This document shows positions 32,491 to 41,489 of a stretch of 64,000 nucleotides of DNA, in pieces. Both the position numbers and the translations under genes were made by a program. How positions within the stretch are numbered: the stretch's first letter is position 1; every line of letters starts with the position of its first letter. The stretch spans positions 544,001 to 608,000 of the forward strand of contig JBPOFY010000002.1 in the NCBI GenBank assembly GCA_051252375.1, written 5' to 3'. The notes under the pieces were generated by a model that saw only the letters and a list, made by a program, of their open reading frames with translations, had not been told where the DNA came from and did not search any database. Source of the DNA: Opitutaceae bacterium. GTDB lineage: Bacteria > Verrucomicrobiota > Verrucomicrobiia > Opitutales > Coraliomargaritaceae.

Positions 32491-32561
32491 TCTTAATCCT
32501 ACTCATACTCTTAATCTTAATCGGCTGAACGCATACAAAAGGATTACGATTAAGAGTAAGA
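32491..32561. repeat. Inverted pair of hexamer tandem repeats
   Basis: TCTTAA TCCTAC TCATAC TCTTAA TCTTAA TC (32491-32522) and GATTAC GATTAA GAGTAA GA (32542-32561); 18/20 complementary. Confidence 0.75.
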
Positions 32562-32631
32562 CAGGCCGCAGTTAACCGATCAAGATTACCGTATTGCGCT
32601 CCCGCGTATCCTGCATTTCTCTACTCCGCAA

Positions 32632-33681
32632 ATGAGTATAGAAAGCAAAGTATTCGGCACACTCCCCTCTGGTGAGGCAGTCAACCTCTACACCCTGCGT
32701 AACAGTAACGGTCTGAGTGCATCTGTAACCAATTACGGCGGCATCATCGTTTCGCTCAACGTGCCCGACCGCGCAGGCAACTTTGCCGACATCATGCTGG
32801 GCAAAGATAGCCTCGAAGACTACCTCGCCGGCCACCCGCACTTTGCTTGTATCACAGGTCGTGTCGCCGGACGCATAGCTGAAGCGCAATTCACCATCGA
32901 CGGCCAAACCTACCCACTCGCTGCCAACAACGGCACCAACCACTTACACGGCGGCCTCAATGGTTTCGATAAAGTCGCTTGGCAGGCAGAAATCGTCACT
33001 ATCGACGGCGTCGAGAAACTCAGTCTTTCCATGACTGACCCCGACGGCAGCAACGGCTTCCCAGGGCAAATCGACTGCACCGTTACCTACGCCCTGCTCG
33101 AAGACAATAGTCTCGAAATCACCTACACGGCCACCAGCAGCAAGACCACACCCTTCAACATCACCAATCACGCCTATTTCAACTTAGGTGGTCACGACAG
33201 CGGCGATGTATTAGACACTAGCCTACAGATCTTTGCCAACGCCACTGCAGCCGTTGATGGCGATTCCACCCTGATCGGTGCCCGCGCACCAGTCATCGCA
33301 GGCTACAACGACTATCGTCAGCCCGTCGCGCTCAAAGACCTACCCAAGCTCGAAGTCGGCAATGCAGACATCCACTTCTTCCTCGATGGCGGACGCACCA
33401 CCGAGCCCAAACCAGCCGCCATCGCGACCGACTCAAAGTCCGGTCGCAGCATGGAAGTGCTCACCACCGAGCCCGGCGTGCAATTTTACGCAGGTCTCTG
33501 TCTTTCCGAGGACAGCCCAGAAGTTGGTAAGGGGGGCGCCATCTACGGACCTGTGCACGGCTTCTGCCTCGAAACTCAAGACTACGCCAACAGCATCAAC
33601 CACCCCGAAATGGGCGGTGCGATCCTCAATCCTGGCAACACCTTCCAGTCGACTACACTCTTCCGCTTCAGCGTCGTTTAA
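32632..33681 (+). CDS. galM: Aldose 1-epimerase (mutarotase)
   Basis: [45 protein letters not shown]. Confidence 0.93.
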   Translation: MSIESKVFGTLPSGEAVNLYTLRNSNGLSASVTNYGGIIVSLNVPDRAGNFADIMLGKDSLEDYLAGHPHFACITGRVAGRIAEAQFTIDGQTYPLAANNGTNHLHGGLNGFDKVAWQAEIVTIDGVEKLSLSMTDPDGSNGFPGQIDCTVTYALLEDNSLEITYTATSSKTTPFNITNHAYFNLGGHDSGDVLDTSLQIFANATAAVDGDSTLIGARAPVIAGYNDYRQPVALKDLPKLEVGNADIHFFLDGGRTTEPKPAAIATDSKSGRSMEVLTTEPGVQFYAGLCLSEDSPEVGKGGAIYGPVHGFCLETQDYANSINHPEMGGAILNPGNTFQSTTLFRFSVV

Positions 33682-33734
33682 TATCAAACTTCGCCCTGAA
33701 TACGTAGAAAATCACACTTCCAGCACTTAATTCA

Positions 33735-33769
33735 GTGTTCGATGTTGAATGTTCGATGTTCAACGTTCA
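33735..33769 (+). repeat. 5x heptamer tandem repeat
   Basis: GTGTTCG ATGTTGA ATGTTCG ATGTTCA ACGTTCA. Confidence 0.8.
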
Positions 33770-33779
33770 AGCGTAGCGC

Positions 33780-35678
33780 ATGTCTCTCCTTTCCTATCGC
33801 AATCTAACCGTCTCTTTCGGCGGCCCTAAGCTACTCGACAACGCCGGTCTCACTATCGAGAAGCGCGAGCGCATCTGCTTGATCGGCCGTAACGGCGAGG
33901 GCAAATCCACGCTCCTGCGCATCATCAGCGGGCAAATCACTCCCGACAAAGGCGAGGTCGAAGCCATTCCCAGCATCCGTATCGGTAAACTCGATCAGGA
34001 AGTTCCCGCCGAGCTCGAAGGCACCGTATTCGAAGTCGTCGCAGAAGGTCTAGGCAACGCCGCCAAAATCGTCGCCGAATACCACCACTATCTGCACGAG
34101 CTCGCCGAACACCCGGACGACGAATCCATCGCCGATAAAGTTGACGACCTACAACACCGACTCGACCAAACCGACGGCTGGACCATCGAGCACAAAGTTG
34201 AAAACATCCTCGACCGAGTCGAACTCGACGGCGAGCAACTGTTCTCCTCTCTTTCCGGCGGCAATAAACGCCGTGCCCTCCTCGCCCGCGCCCTCATTGC
34301 CGAGCCACATATCTTGCTCCTCGACGAGCCGACCAATCACCTCGACATCCCCGGCATCCGCTGGCTCGAAGAATTCCTACGTAAGACCGACGTCGCTCTC
34401 CTATTTGTTTCCCACGACCGTGCCTTCATCCGCCGCGTCGCCAACCGCATCGTCGACCTTGACCGCGGTCAACTCACCTCGTGGAACTGCGACTACGAAA
34501 CTTACCTCCAACGCAAAGCCGACCTCCTAGCCGGCGAAGCGAAGCAAGCCGCCGTCTTCGACAAAAAACTAGCCGAAGAAGAAGTCTGGATCCGTAAAGG
34601 CATCCAAGCCCGCCGCACACGTAACGAAGGTCGTGTCCGCGCACTCTTCAAACTCCGCGAAGAACGCGCCGAGCGCCGCAACGTCCAAGGCAAGACCAGC
34701 CTCAACGTCAACGAAAGCCAACTCTCTGGTCGCAAGGTCATCACCGTCGACAACATCAGCTACGCGTGGGGCGACAACCCGATCATCAACAACTTCGAGA
34801 CCACCATCTGGCGCGGCGATAAGATCGGTATCGTCGGGCTCAACGGCTCCGGTAAAACCACTCTGCTCAACCTGCTCCTCAATAAGTTGGAGCCCAAAAC
34901 AGGCAGCGTGACTCACGGCACCAAGCTCGAAGTCGCTTACTTCGACCAACACCGCGCCGCGCTCGACGAGAAACTCAGCGTCGCCGAGAATGTGCACCCG
35001 CACAGCGAGATGGTCACGATCAACGGCAAGCAGCGCCACATCATTACTTACCTACAGGACTTCCTGTTCACCCCACAAAGCGCCCGCGCACCCATCACAA
35101 AACTCTCCGGCGGTGAGCGCGCTCGACTGCTACTCGCCCGACTCTTCCTGCAACCAGCCAACGTCCTCGTGCTCGACGAGCCGACCAACGACCTCGACAT
35201 CGAAACCGTCGAGCTACTCGAAGAACGCCTCCTCGAATACCAAGGCACCCTATTACTGGTCAGTCACGACCGTAGCTTCCTCGATAACGTCGTCACCAGC
35301 ACCATCGCCCTCGAAGGCGACGGCGAGATCAACGAATACATCGGTGGTTGCGACGAATGGCTCAAAAAAGAAGAAACCCGCAAGGCCAATGTCGCTGCCG
35401 CCAAGAAAGCACCCGCCAAAGCTGCGGCTGCACCGACTGAGCCAGCCAAACCGGAACGCAAGCTCACCAACAAAGAGCGCGAAGCCCTCAAGACTTTACC
35501 AAAGACAATTGAAAAACTCGAAGCCGAGCACACCACCCTCAGCAAAAAGATGGCCAGCTCCGAGTATTATCAAGACCCCAACAGTAAGCTCACCGAAGAC
35601 GCCGCCAGACTCGAACAACTCGAAGCCGAGACCCTCACCGCCTATGAGCAATGGGAAGCACTCACCGCGGATAGCTAG
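33780..35678 (+). CDS. uup: ABC-F family ATPase Uup
   Basis: Two ABC domains ([18 protein letters not shown]), [20 protein letters not shown] linker and C-terminal coiled coil. Confidence 0.92.
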   Translation: MSLLSYRNLTVSFGGPKLLDNAGLTIEKRERICLIGRNGEGKSTLLRIISGQITPDKGEVEAIPSIRIGKLDQEVPAELEGTVFEVVAEGLGNAAKIVAEYHHYLHELAEHPDDESIADKVDDLQHRLDQTDGWTIEHKVENILDRVELDGEQLFSSLSGGNKRRALLARALIAEPHILLLDEPTNHLDIPGIRWLEEFLRKTDVALLFVSHDRAFIRRVANRIVDLDRGQLTSWNCDYETYLQRKADLLAGEAKQAAVFDKKLAEEEVWIRKGIQARRTRNEGRVRALFKLREERAERRNVQGKTSLNVNESQLSGRKVITVDNISYAWGDNPIINNFETTIWRGDKIGIVGLNGSGKTTLLNLLLNKLEPKTGSVTHGTKLEVAYFDQHRAALDEKLSVAENVHPHSEMVTINGKQRHIITYLQDFLFTPQSARAPITKLSGGERARLLLARLFLQPANVLVLDEPTNDLDIETVELLEERLLEYQGTLLLVSHDRSFLDNVVTSTIALEGDGEINEYIGGCDEWLKKEETRKANVAAAKKAPAKAAAAPTEPAKPERKLTNKEREALKTLPKTIEKLEAEHTTLSKKMASSEYYQDPNSKLTEDAARLEQLEAETLTAYEQWEALTADS

Positions 35679-35713
35679 CGCCATCGTGTGACTTCAATTA
35701 GTAGAAATAATTT

Positions 35714-35893
35714 GGTAGGGACGCATGCCCTCATGCGTCCACAGTATTGGGCAAAGAGCTGCATTACGCTGACGAGGTGGGGTGCGCTCGCCGAGACGGC
35801 CGTTCGTCAAGACGCAGAAAATCCGGTCTATCAAATTTGGGCTTCGTTTCCTGCACGCATCACGAACGGTGCGCTCGGCGAGCGCACCCTACC
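35714..35893. repeat. Cluster of REP-like elements
   Basis: Family A half site 35714-35740, plus a doublet GGTGGGGTGCGCTCGCCGAG... (35776-35807) with inverted GGTAGGGTGCGCTCGCCGAGCGCACCGTTCGT (35862-35893). Confidence 0.75.
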
Positions 35894-35943
35894 CACTAAT
35901 ACCATTCACGCATTAATATAAAAACCTCCACTCTAGGCCAGTT

Positions 35944-35968
35944 CGGACGTGTAAAACACGTTCCTCCA
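35944..35968 (-). repeat. REP-like hairpin (GGAG family), direct repeat of 37575-37598
   Basis: CGGACGTGTAAAACACGTTCCTCCA. Confidence 0.65.
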
Positions 35969-36038
35969 CAAGGATTGCCTCGTAATCGATACCCAGAATA
36001 CGCTTGAGAATTCTTACTTCTTAACGCATTGTAATTAG

Positions 36039-36299
36039 ATGATTACATCCAAAGTCACAAAGCGCGGCCAAACAACACTTCCAAGGCAAATCAGAAATGC
36101 CTTACACGTAGAAGCAGGTCAAAGTCTTGTTTACGAAGTTACCAAGGATGGAGTCATCATCCGTGCCCACCCAGGTGCGATGGCTTCTTTCGGCACGCTG
36201 AAAACCAAGAAATCAAATACGGTAGACTACGATCAGGCGCGTAAAGCCGCACGAGAAGACTGGGTTGAGCACGTGGCAGAGGAAGGTAACCAAGTATGA
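36039..36299 (+). CDS. AbrB/MazE/SpoVT family antitoxin
   Basis: SKVTKRGQTTLPRQIRNALHVEAGQSLVYEV; ATGA overlap with the PIN gene. Confidence 0.88.
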   Translation: MITSKVTKRGQTTLPRQIRNALHVEAGQSLVYEVTKDGVIIRAHPGAMASFGTLKTKKSNTVDYDQARKAAREDWVEHVAEEGNQV

Positions 36300-36703
36300 A
36301 GAGCTACCTAATTGATACTAATATTATTCTTCGCTTTCTAACAGGTGAACCCGAGACTCAGGCCGCACAAACCAAACAACTTATAGAGCATTGCGAAGCG
36401 GGAGTGCTCTCGCTCCGCATACTGCCACTGGTCGTCGCCGAAGTCGTTTTTGTTCTATCTGGCAAATTTTATGCGCTCAAACGCGCCGCTATCGCCACAG
36501 CACTCATCCAGTTCCTTCAAACACCCAGTTTTGATGTAGAGGACCGAGATACCCTCTTGCTAGCCCTGCAATTATTCAGTCAGCACAACATCGATTACGC
36601 CGATGCTTACCTCGCAGCCGAATCAACCATCACTGGAAGTGGTGTCGCCAGTTTCGATCAAGACTTCAAAAAGATACCTAGCTTAGACTTATACTCGCTC
36701 TAA
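36296..36703 (+). CDS. vapC: PIN domain (VapC family) toxin
   Basis: LIDTNIILRFL, VVAEVVFVL, DYADAYL, SFDQDF. Confidence 0.88.
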   Translation: MKSYLIDTNIILRFLTGEPETQAAQTKQLIEHCEAGVLSLRILPLVVAEVVFVLSGKFYALKRAAIATALIQFLQTPSFDVEDRDTLLLALQLFSQHNIDYADAYLAAESTITGSGVASFDQDFKKIPSLDLYSL

Positions 36704-37567
36704 ATGTCACATCGATCAAAGCGCTGGATGAAAGTAATCTGTAGTGTCAGTATTCTAATGCTGACGTTTTGCCTTCATTCAGAAGCCAGAGTTCGAGAAT
36801 TTGCCTACAAATCAAAGACTGCAGCAGATCTAAGGAGCGTGTGTGTTTCATTCGCCACACGTTATTACAGCAATCCAAACACGCAATACGATCCAGCTCA
36901 ACACCAAGACATGGAGGGCTTCCTCAAAGACATTGCGAAAGTAGAATTTATTAACTCCGAGGCCCTATTCAACTACGCGGATGAAGCACATTTTGAATCC
37001 AAGCCTCCAAAGTTGACTGGTAAGCTAAAAATCAAAAACGACTGGCGCACCTTTGAATTAGATCCTGAGGTTCTGAACTTCCCGATCGGCTTTAATGTCG
37101 CGGTATATCCAAATCTCGATTTCCCAACATCAGAAACTCCGATTTTATGGACTAGAGGACTCCATCGTTATAATGAATTCGAAGCTCCTTATGGTGGCCA
37201 TGTTGCTTATTTAGATGGGCATGTTCAATTTTACTCCGGTGGTCCAGACGGGCCTGAGCCAGAGTTAGAGGAGGTTTTCGGACCAGACAGCAATTACTCG
37301 CAAGCGCTACACATCCTTGAGCACGTGCCGGACACATGGAAGCAACTCGCTTTACCGCCACTGCCAGTGAGAGTTGAAACATATCGACCTGTCATCAGTA
37401 AATGGAAGCAATACTCAGAGGTATTAAAATACCTTAGCCCTTCATTCATCATCGGCCTGATATTTGCCGCGGCTCCCAATCGAACAGTTGCTCAACGATT
37501 TTTACGCTTTTTCATAGCGGGTGGTATAGCATTCATTGTCACCCTAGTTTTGTTACCTGCGTATTAG
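36704..37567 (+). CDS. Exported/membrane protein with H-X9-DG-family-like motif
   Basis: Signal peptide, TPILWTRGL...GGHVAYLDGHV motif and two C-terminal TM helices; ATG abuts the vapC stop. Confidence 0.6.
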   Translation: MSHRSKRWMKVICSVSILMLTFCLHSEARVREFAYKSKTAADLRSVCVSFATRYYSNPNTQYDPAQHQDMEGFLKDIAKVEFINSEALFNYADEAHFESKPPKLTGKLKIKNDWRTFELDPEVLNFPIGFNVAVYPNLDFPTSETPILWTRGLHRYNEFEAPYGGHVAYLDGHVQFYSGGPDGPEPELEEVFGPDSNYSQALHILEHVPDTWKQLALPPLPVRVETYRPVISKWKQYSEVLKYLSPSFIIGLIFAAAPNRTVAQRFLRFFIAGGIAFIVTLVLLPAY

Positions 37568-37574
37568 ACTGCTC

Positions 37575-37598
37575 CGGACGTGTGAAACACGTCCCCCA
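37575..37598 (-). repeat. REP-like hairpin, direct repeat of 35944-35968
   Basis: CGGACGTGTGAAACACGTCCCCCA. Confidence 0.65.
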
Positions 37599-37679
37599 TC
37601 GGGATGACTGCCTGCTTCGATCAAGTTCGATTTCCGAATGGTTCGATCCGGCAACCACATTAAGAATTTGGTTGAACCC

Positions 37680-37777
37680 GTAGGGGCTTTGCTTGCGAAG
37701 ACCGCGACGACTCTGCCCTCCATCGTATCTTCCTCACCTAGAACTCCATTCGCGGGCTTCGTAAGCAAAGCCCCGAC
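37680..37777. repeat. REP-like inverted doublet
   Basis: GTAGGGGCTTTGCTTGCGAAGACCGCGA and TCGCGGGCTTCGTAAGCAAAGCCCCGAC. Confidence 0.75.
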
Positions 37778-37791
37778 ATCGTGCATCAGCT

Positions 37792-40700
37792 CTACGGCGC
37801 CACTGGCAAATCGCTATATCCACCGCCTAGCGCTGTGTCTTTCGCCACACATGCGTTGTAGGCATCCAGCGCGTCGCCAGTCAGCAAGCTCGGATCGATT
37901 TCATATGTCATCGTGATATCAACTGCGAGTGGGCTTTGCTCATTCGGATCTGTATCGATGTTATAAAACTCGAAAACAGGATCGTCTGTCGTGCTGTCAG
38001 GGTCGCCGAAGATGATGAGTTTATAATCCGGATAATCGTCCAGAATAATCGCCCTACCTTTATTGGTTTCACCACCCTCAACAATGACCACACGGTCTGC
38101 GGTATCTGAGTTGCTGAGGATCGGGACGACACTTTGGGATGAAACATTCATTGCGCTGAGTCCTGTAACTAAAGATTCGTCGATATCTGCCATCTCAAGA
38201 ATCGTAGAGAAAAGGTCGACACAGTGAACGAGTTTATCACTCGTGCTACCGGGCGTGACGGTCACAGCAGGACCCGACACAATCATCGGCACATGGGTGC
38301 CACCCTCATAAAGGGAACCCTTTGCACGCGATGGAGTGCCACCGAACGGTTCTTGGACGGTTTGACCTGGAGTGCCATTATCCCCGATTATAATAATATG
38401 TGTTTTTGCAGGATCGAGCGACTCCATCATTCGACCTATCTCTGTATCGAGTGCCTCAAGTGACAGACGGTAATTATAATCGTTTGCACCTTCGCCGACA
38501 TCTTGAACGGAGTAACCGCCAGCAGGTGCTAGCGCTGCAGGTGGCTCTTGGAACGGGGAATGCGGCGCATTGAAGGCGACCCAAGTGAACCATGCTGTGC
38601 CCTCGGCATTCTTTGTCAGCATGAACTTAGTGGCTTCGTTCACTTGGTCTGTAGTCGTGTAAGTCGTGCTGGTTGCGTTACTGCCATTTGAATTTTTAGT
38701 CCAACTATAGTAGTCAGGCACGCCCCCGCTGGTGATGCCGTAGAACTCAGGCCAACCACCACGAGTGGAATAACCGGAAGTATTGCCACCTAAGTGCCAT
38801 TTACCAACTGTCAACATTGCTTGAGGTGCGCCTTCGGAGGTGAAGATCTCAGGCAGAGTAATTTCGTCGATCCCACTGCCTCCAGAAAATTGTCCCGCTT
38901 CTGTCGGAGTGCTGACGCCGTGCTGGTATGGTTGACGCCCTGTCATGATGGTTGCGCGAGTGGGCGAACAAGTTGGCTGGGCGTATGCATTAGTGAAACG
39001 CAAGCCCGACGCAGCAAGACTCTCGAGGTTCGGCATATTAGGCAGTAAAACTGTCGCCGAAGCAGTGTTATCGAGTGGGCTACGATCAATGCCCCAGTCG
39101 TCCACGATCATGAGCAAAATATTTGGATAGACCGTATAGGTGCCATTTCGATTCGGTCCCATGGGATATGTGGCGACTATAGTGTAAGTGCCAGGCGCTA
39201 ACCCGTATAAAGGCGCGTCAAATGTAAGCGTGGTCTGCGTGGGGCGAGAAACACCGGATGATGCGACATCGATCGCCTGCCCGTTAAAAGTAAGTGTAAC
39301 GGGTGACACTCCGGTATTGGGTGGGCCACCATCCATCGTCACTGTAATCGAAACCGGTAAATCGACCGGCGGTAGGACAGGATCGTCGTATACGAAACCT
39401 GTGTCATCGAAATACTCGAGATCGGTGCGCGCCAGTTGATAGAAATTCTGCGCGGGGCGCGTGCCGCCGGGTATATGCGTCACACTGGGGCTATCACTCG
39501 TCGCTAAAACTGTGGGAGTGATGCCAACAAACTCTTGAGACAGATCAGAGGTCTCACTGATTTCATAGGTGCCACCTTCGATTGCACTCCATGTGAGTGT
39601 GATCTGGTCAGCTGCGGGACTATCGACTAAGATTTCTTTGACCGATTCAGTTTTTTCAGGGCCACCCTCAAAATGAACAACCAGCGGATCGACGGTGTCA
39701 TCTGTTTCGGGAATGTCACTCGCAGTATTGCCTGTCGGACTACCGAAATAAACGCGTCCGATATTGTAAGGCACCACTGGAGTGCCATCGACATCGATAC
39801 AGGTGAAATAAGCCCACGTCCCCGCCGGATACTCTGGTGTCACGCACCAGCGCACGTTGTATTCGTTCAGATCGTAGTCAGTCCCTGGGCTATACGCTCC
39901 ATCAGCGATCACACCTTCATAAAGATCAAACCCTGAGACATCTCCTTTATACTCGTTGTCCTCAAGGTAGCGACCCAATGGAAAAGTCGCCGAAACGTTG
40001 GGTCCCGCCGAGAAGTTAGCGGCACCGTATACGTCATTCGCCCATTCCGGCCAGCTATCGCGAGTAGTCAAACCACTGCGTATCTGATAACCTGAAATCA
40101 TTCTGCGGACAGCACTGGATGCATCGATTGGATCGCTGTATCCATAAGGCCCATACACAGGAATACCATCTCTCACCCAGCCGATGATCGGCGAGTGATC
40201 ACCGTTAAAATTCTCCGTGTAGTTATTGGTCGCTGCATCATAGTCCACACTGTCACCCAATTGATGACGGAGTGCTGGTGTGTTTGCATGATAGTGATAG
40301 CGCGATTGCGCCTGATGAGCAAATCCCGCATCGAATGTCTGGCTCTCGTTGACATATGCGTCACGGTTCCAGTCGCCTGCTCCATTGACCTCGTTGCCTG
40401 TGCCAGGGTCATAGGAAAAAGCATCGCGAGAATCAAACATGGCCACGCCATCGACCATATATCCAATCGGACCGCCTCCGGTGATTGATTTCGGCGTAAA
40501 AGTTGCCGGATCGACCGGATCACGCGGAAAACGGTAAATCACCGCCTGATTGGCGGGGTAATTTATAAAAAGATTCGTGCGTGCCAGATTACCATACCAC
40601 GGTCCCATTATGTAGCTGGCTAGGTTCGTCGAGCGTATGTAGAGCCAATCTTCGGTGTATGAGATTTCATTGACACCCGCATAGGTCGGATAGGTTTGAA

Positions 40701-40902
40701 CGCCTGCACCACGACTCCATGTCGTGACGGCATTCAGACCCGCCTGATCCGCATCGGTTTCGTAGAGACGAGCGTAACTGCCGGAGCGCTCGGTATACCA
40801 TGAACTTATCAGCGGATCCGCGCTAAGAGCCACGGAAGTTAGTAGTAGTGGCCAGATTTTGAATATAATATTCGAAGTTCGTGCAAGGTGAGCTAGCTTC
40901 AT
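37792..40902 (-). CDS. Secreted YHYH-domain / sulfatase fusion protein
   Basis: Signal peptide, RYHYHAN, HSPIIGWVRDGIPVYGPYGY, DLNEYNVRWCVTPEYPAGTWAYF; then PNILLMIVDD, CSPTRATIMTG, GKWHLG. Confidence 0.85.
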   Translation of the reverse strand: MKLAHLARTSNIIFKIWPLLLTSVALSADPLISSWYTERSGSYARLYETDADQAGLNAVTTWSRGAGVQTYPTYAGVNEISYTEDWLYIRSTNLASYIMGPWYGNLARTNLFINYPANQAVIYRFPRDPVDPATFTPKSITGGGPIGYMVDGVAMFDSRDAFSYDPGTGNEVNGAGDWNRDAYVNESQTFDAGFAHQAQSRYHYHANTPALRHQLGDSVDYDAATNNYTENFNGDHSPIIGWVRDGIPVYGPYGYSDPIDASSAVRRMISGYQIRSGLTTRDSWPEWANDVYGAANFSAGPNVSATFPLGRYLEDNEYKGDVSGFDLYEGVIADGAYSPGTDYDLNEYNVRWCVTPEYPAGTWAYFTCIDVDGTPVVPYNIGRVYFGSPTGNTASDIPETDDTVDPLVVHFEGGPEKTESVKEILVDSPAADQITLTWSAIEGGTYEISETSDLSQEFVGITPTVLATSDSPSVTHIPGGTRPAQNFYQLARTDLEYFDDTGFVYDDPVLPPVDLPVSITVTMDGGPPNTGVSPVTLTFNGQAIDVASSGVSRPTQTTLTFDAPLYGLAPGTYTIVATYPMGPNRNGTYTVYPNILLMIVDDWGIDRSPLDNTASATVLLPNMPNLESLAASGLRFTNAYAQPTCSPTRATIMTGRQPYQHGVSTPTEAGQFSGGSGIDEITLPEIFTSEGAPQAMLTVGKWHLGGNTSGYSTRGGWPEFYGITSGGVPDYYSWTKNSNGSNATSTTYTTTDQVNEATKFMLTKNAEGTAWFTWVAFNAPHSPFQEPPAALAPAGGYSVQDVGEGANDYNYRLSLEALDTEIGRMMESLDPAKTHIIIIGDNGTPGQTVQEPFGGTPSRAKGSLYEGGTHVPMIVSGPAVTVTPGSTSDKLVHCVDLFSTILEMADIDESLVTGLSAMNVSSQSVVPILSNSDTADRVVIVEGGETNKGRAIILDDYPDYKLIIFGDPDSTTDDPVFEFYNIDTDPNEQSPLAVDITMTYEIDPSLLTGDALDAYNACVAKDTALGGGYSDLPVAP

Positions 40903-41110
40903 TGAATAGTGGCAGTGGGTAGTTTGATTGGTAGTAGCTAGGAAGCGATTCTAGGTGGATAAAGTTTCAGAATAGGATGATTTTAAACATCTTTTGCATT
41001 TTTTTACGATTAATAACGACACAGTCCAATTCTTACGATACATAGTGGCCAGCAGAGGGCCGCAAAAGGCGGTCTTTTGTCTAAAAACACAATAAATACA
41101 GAAAACGCAT

Positions 41111-41314
41111 ATGAGCACAGGAATAGTAAAATGGTTCGACTCTGAAAAAGGCTACGGCTTCATCACACCCGAAGACGGCAGCAAAGATCTTTTTGTCCAC
41201 CACTCCGAAATCAAAGCTGATGGCTACGCCTCACTTGATGAGAACGACAAAGTAGAATTTGAAGTCGGCAGCGGTCCTAAGGGTCCATGCGCTACCGGCG
41301 TATCAAAAGTCTAA
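41111..41314 (+). CDS. cspA: Cold-shock protein (CspA family)
   Basis: [29 protein letters not shown] (RNP1/RNP2). Confidence 0.95.
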   Translation: MSTGIVKWFDSEKGYGFITPEDGSKDLFVHHSEIKADGYASLDENDKVEFEVGSGPKGPCATGVSKV

Positions 41315-41334
41315 TACTTTTTAAACTTTTAACC

Positions 41335-41370
41335 AAAAACTCCCAGGATTCATTTCTGGGAGTTTTTTTT
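41335..41370 (+). terminator. Intrinsic terminator after csp
   Basis: AAAAACTCCCAGGA-TTCAT-TTCTGGGAGTTTTTTTT. Confidence 0.85.
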
Positions 41371-41489
41371 GTGCCCTCAAGCCCAGCTTGCAACTTTTCG
41401 ACTTTTATAGATATATCATTGTATACCCGCCACTGGCATCCCCCGCACGAACAACTACCGATAACGGCCATCATCATTCATCTGCCGGC

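Noticed and set aside
34990..35691. 233-aa alternative-frame ORF inside uup, and similar Ser/Thr/Pro-rich overlapping ORFs elsewhere
   Set aside because: Off-frame products of biased codon usage within well-supported genes.
35688..35921. 77-aa ORF after uup (also 15122-15346 and 37553-37916)
   Set aside because: Made largely of REP-like repeats; no coding signal.
41053..41080. Hairpin upstream of csp as a riboswitch or thermosensor
   Set aside because: A single G-U-rich stem with no recognisable family motif; cannot be supported.
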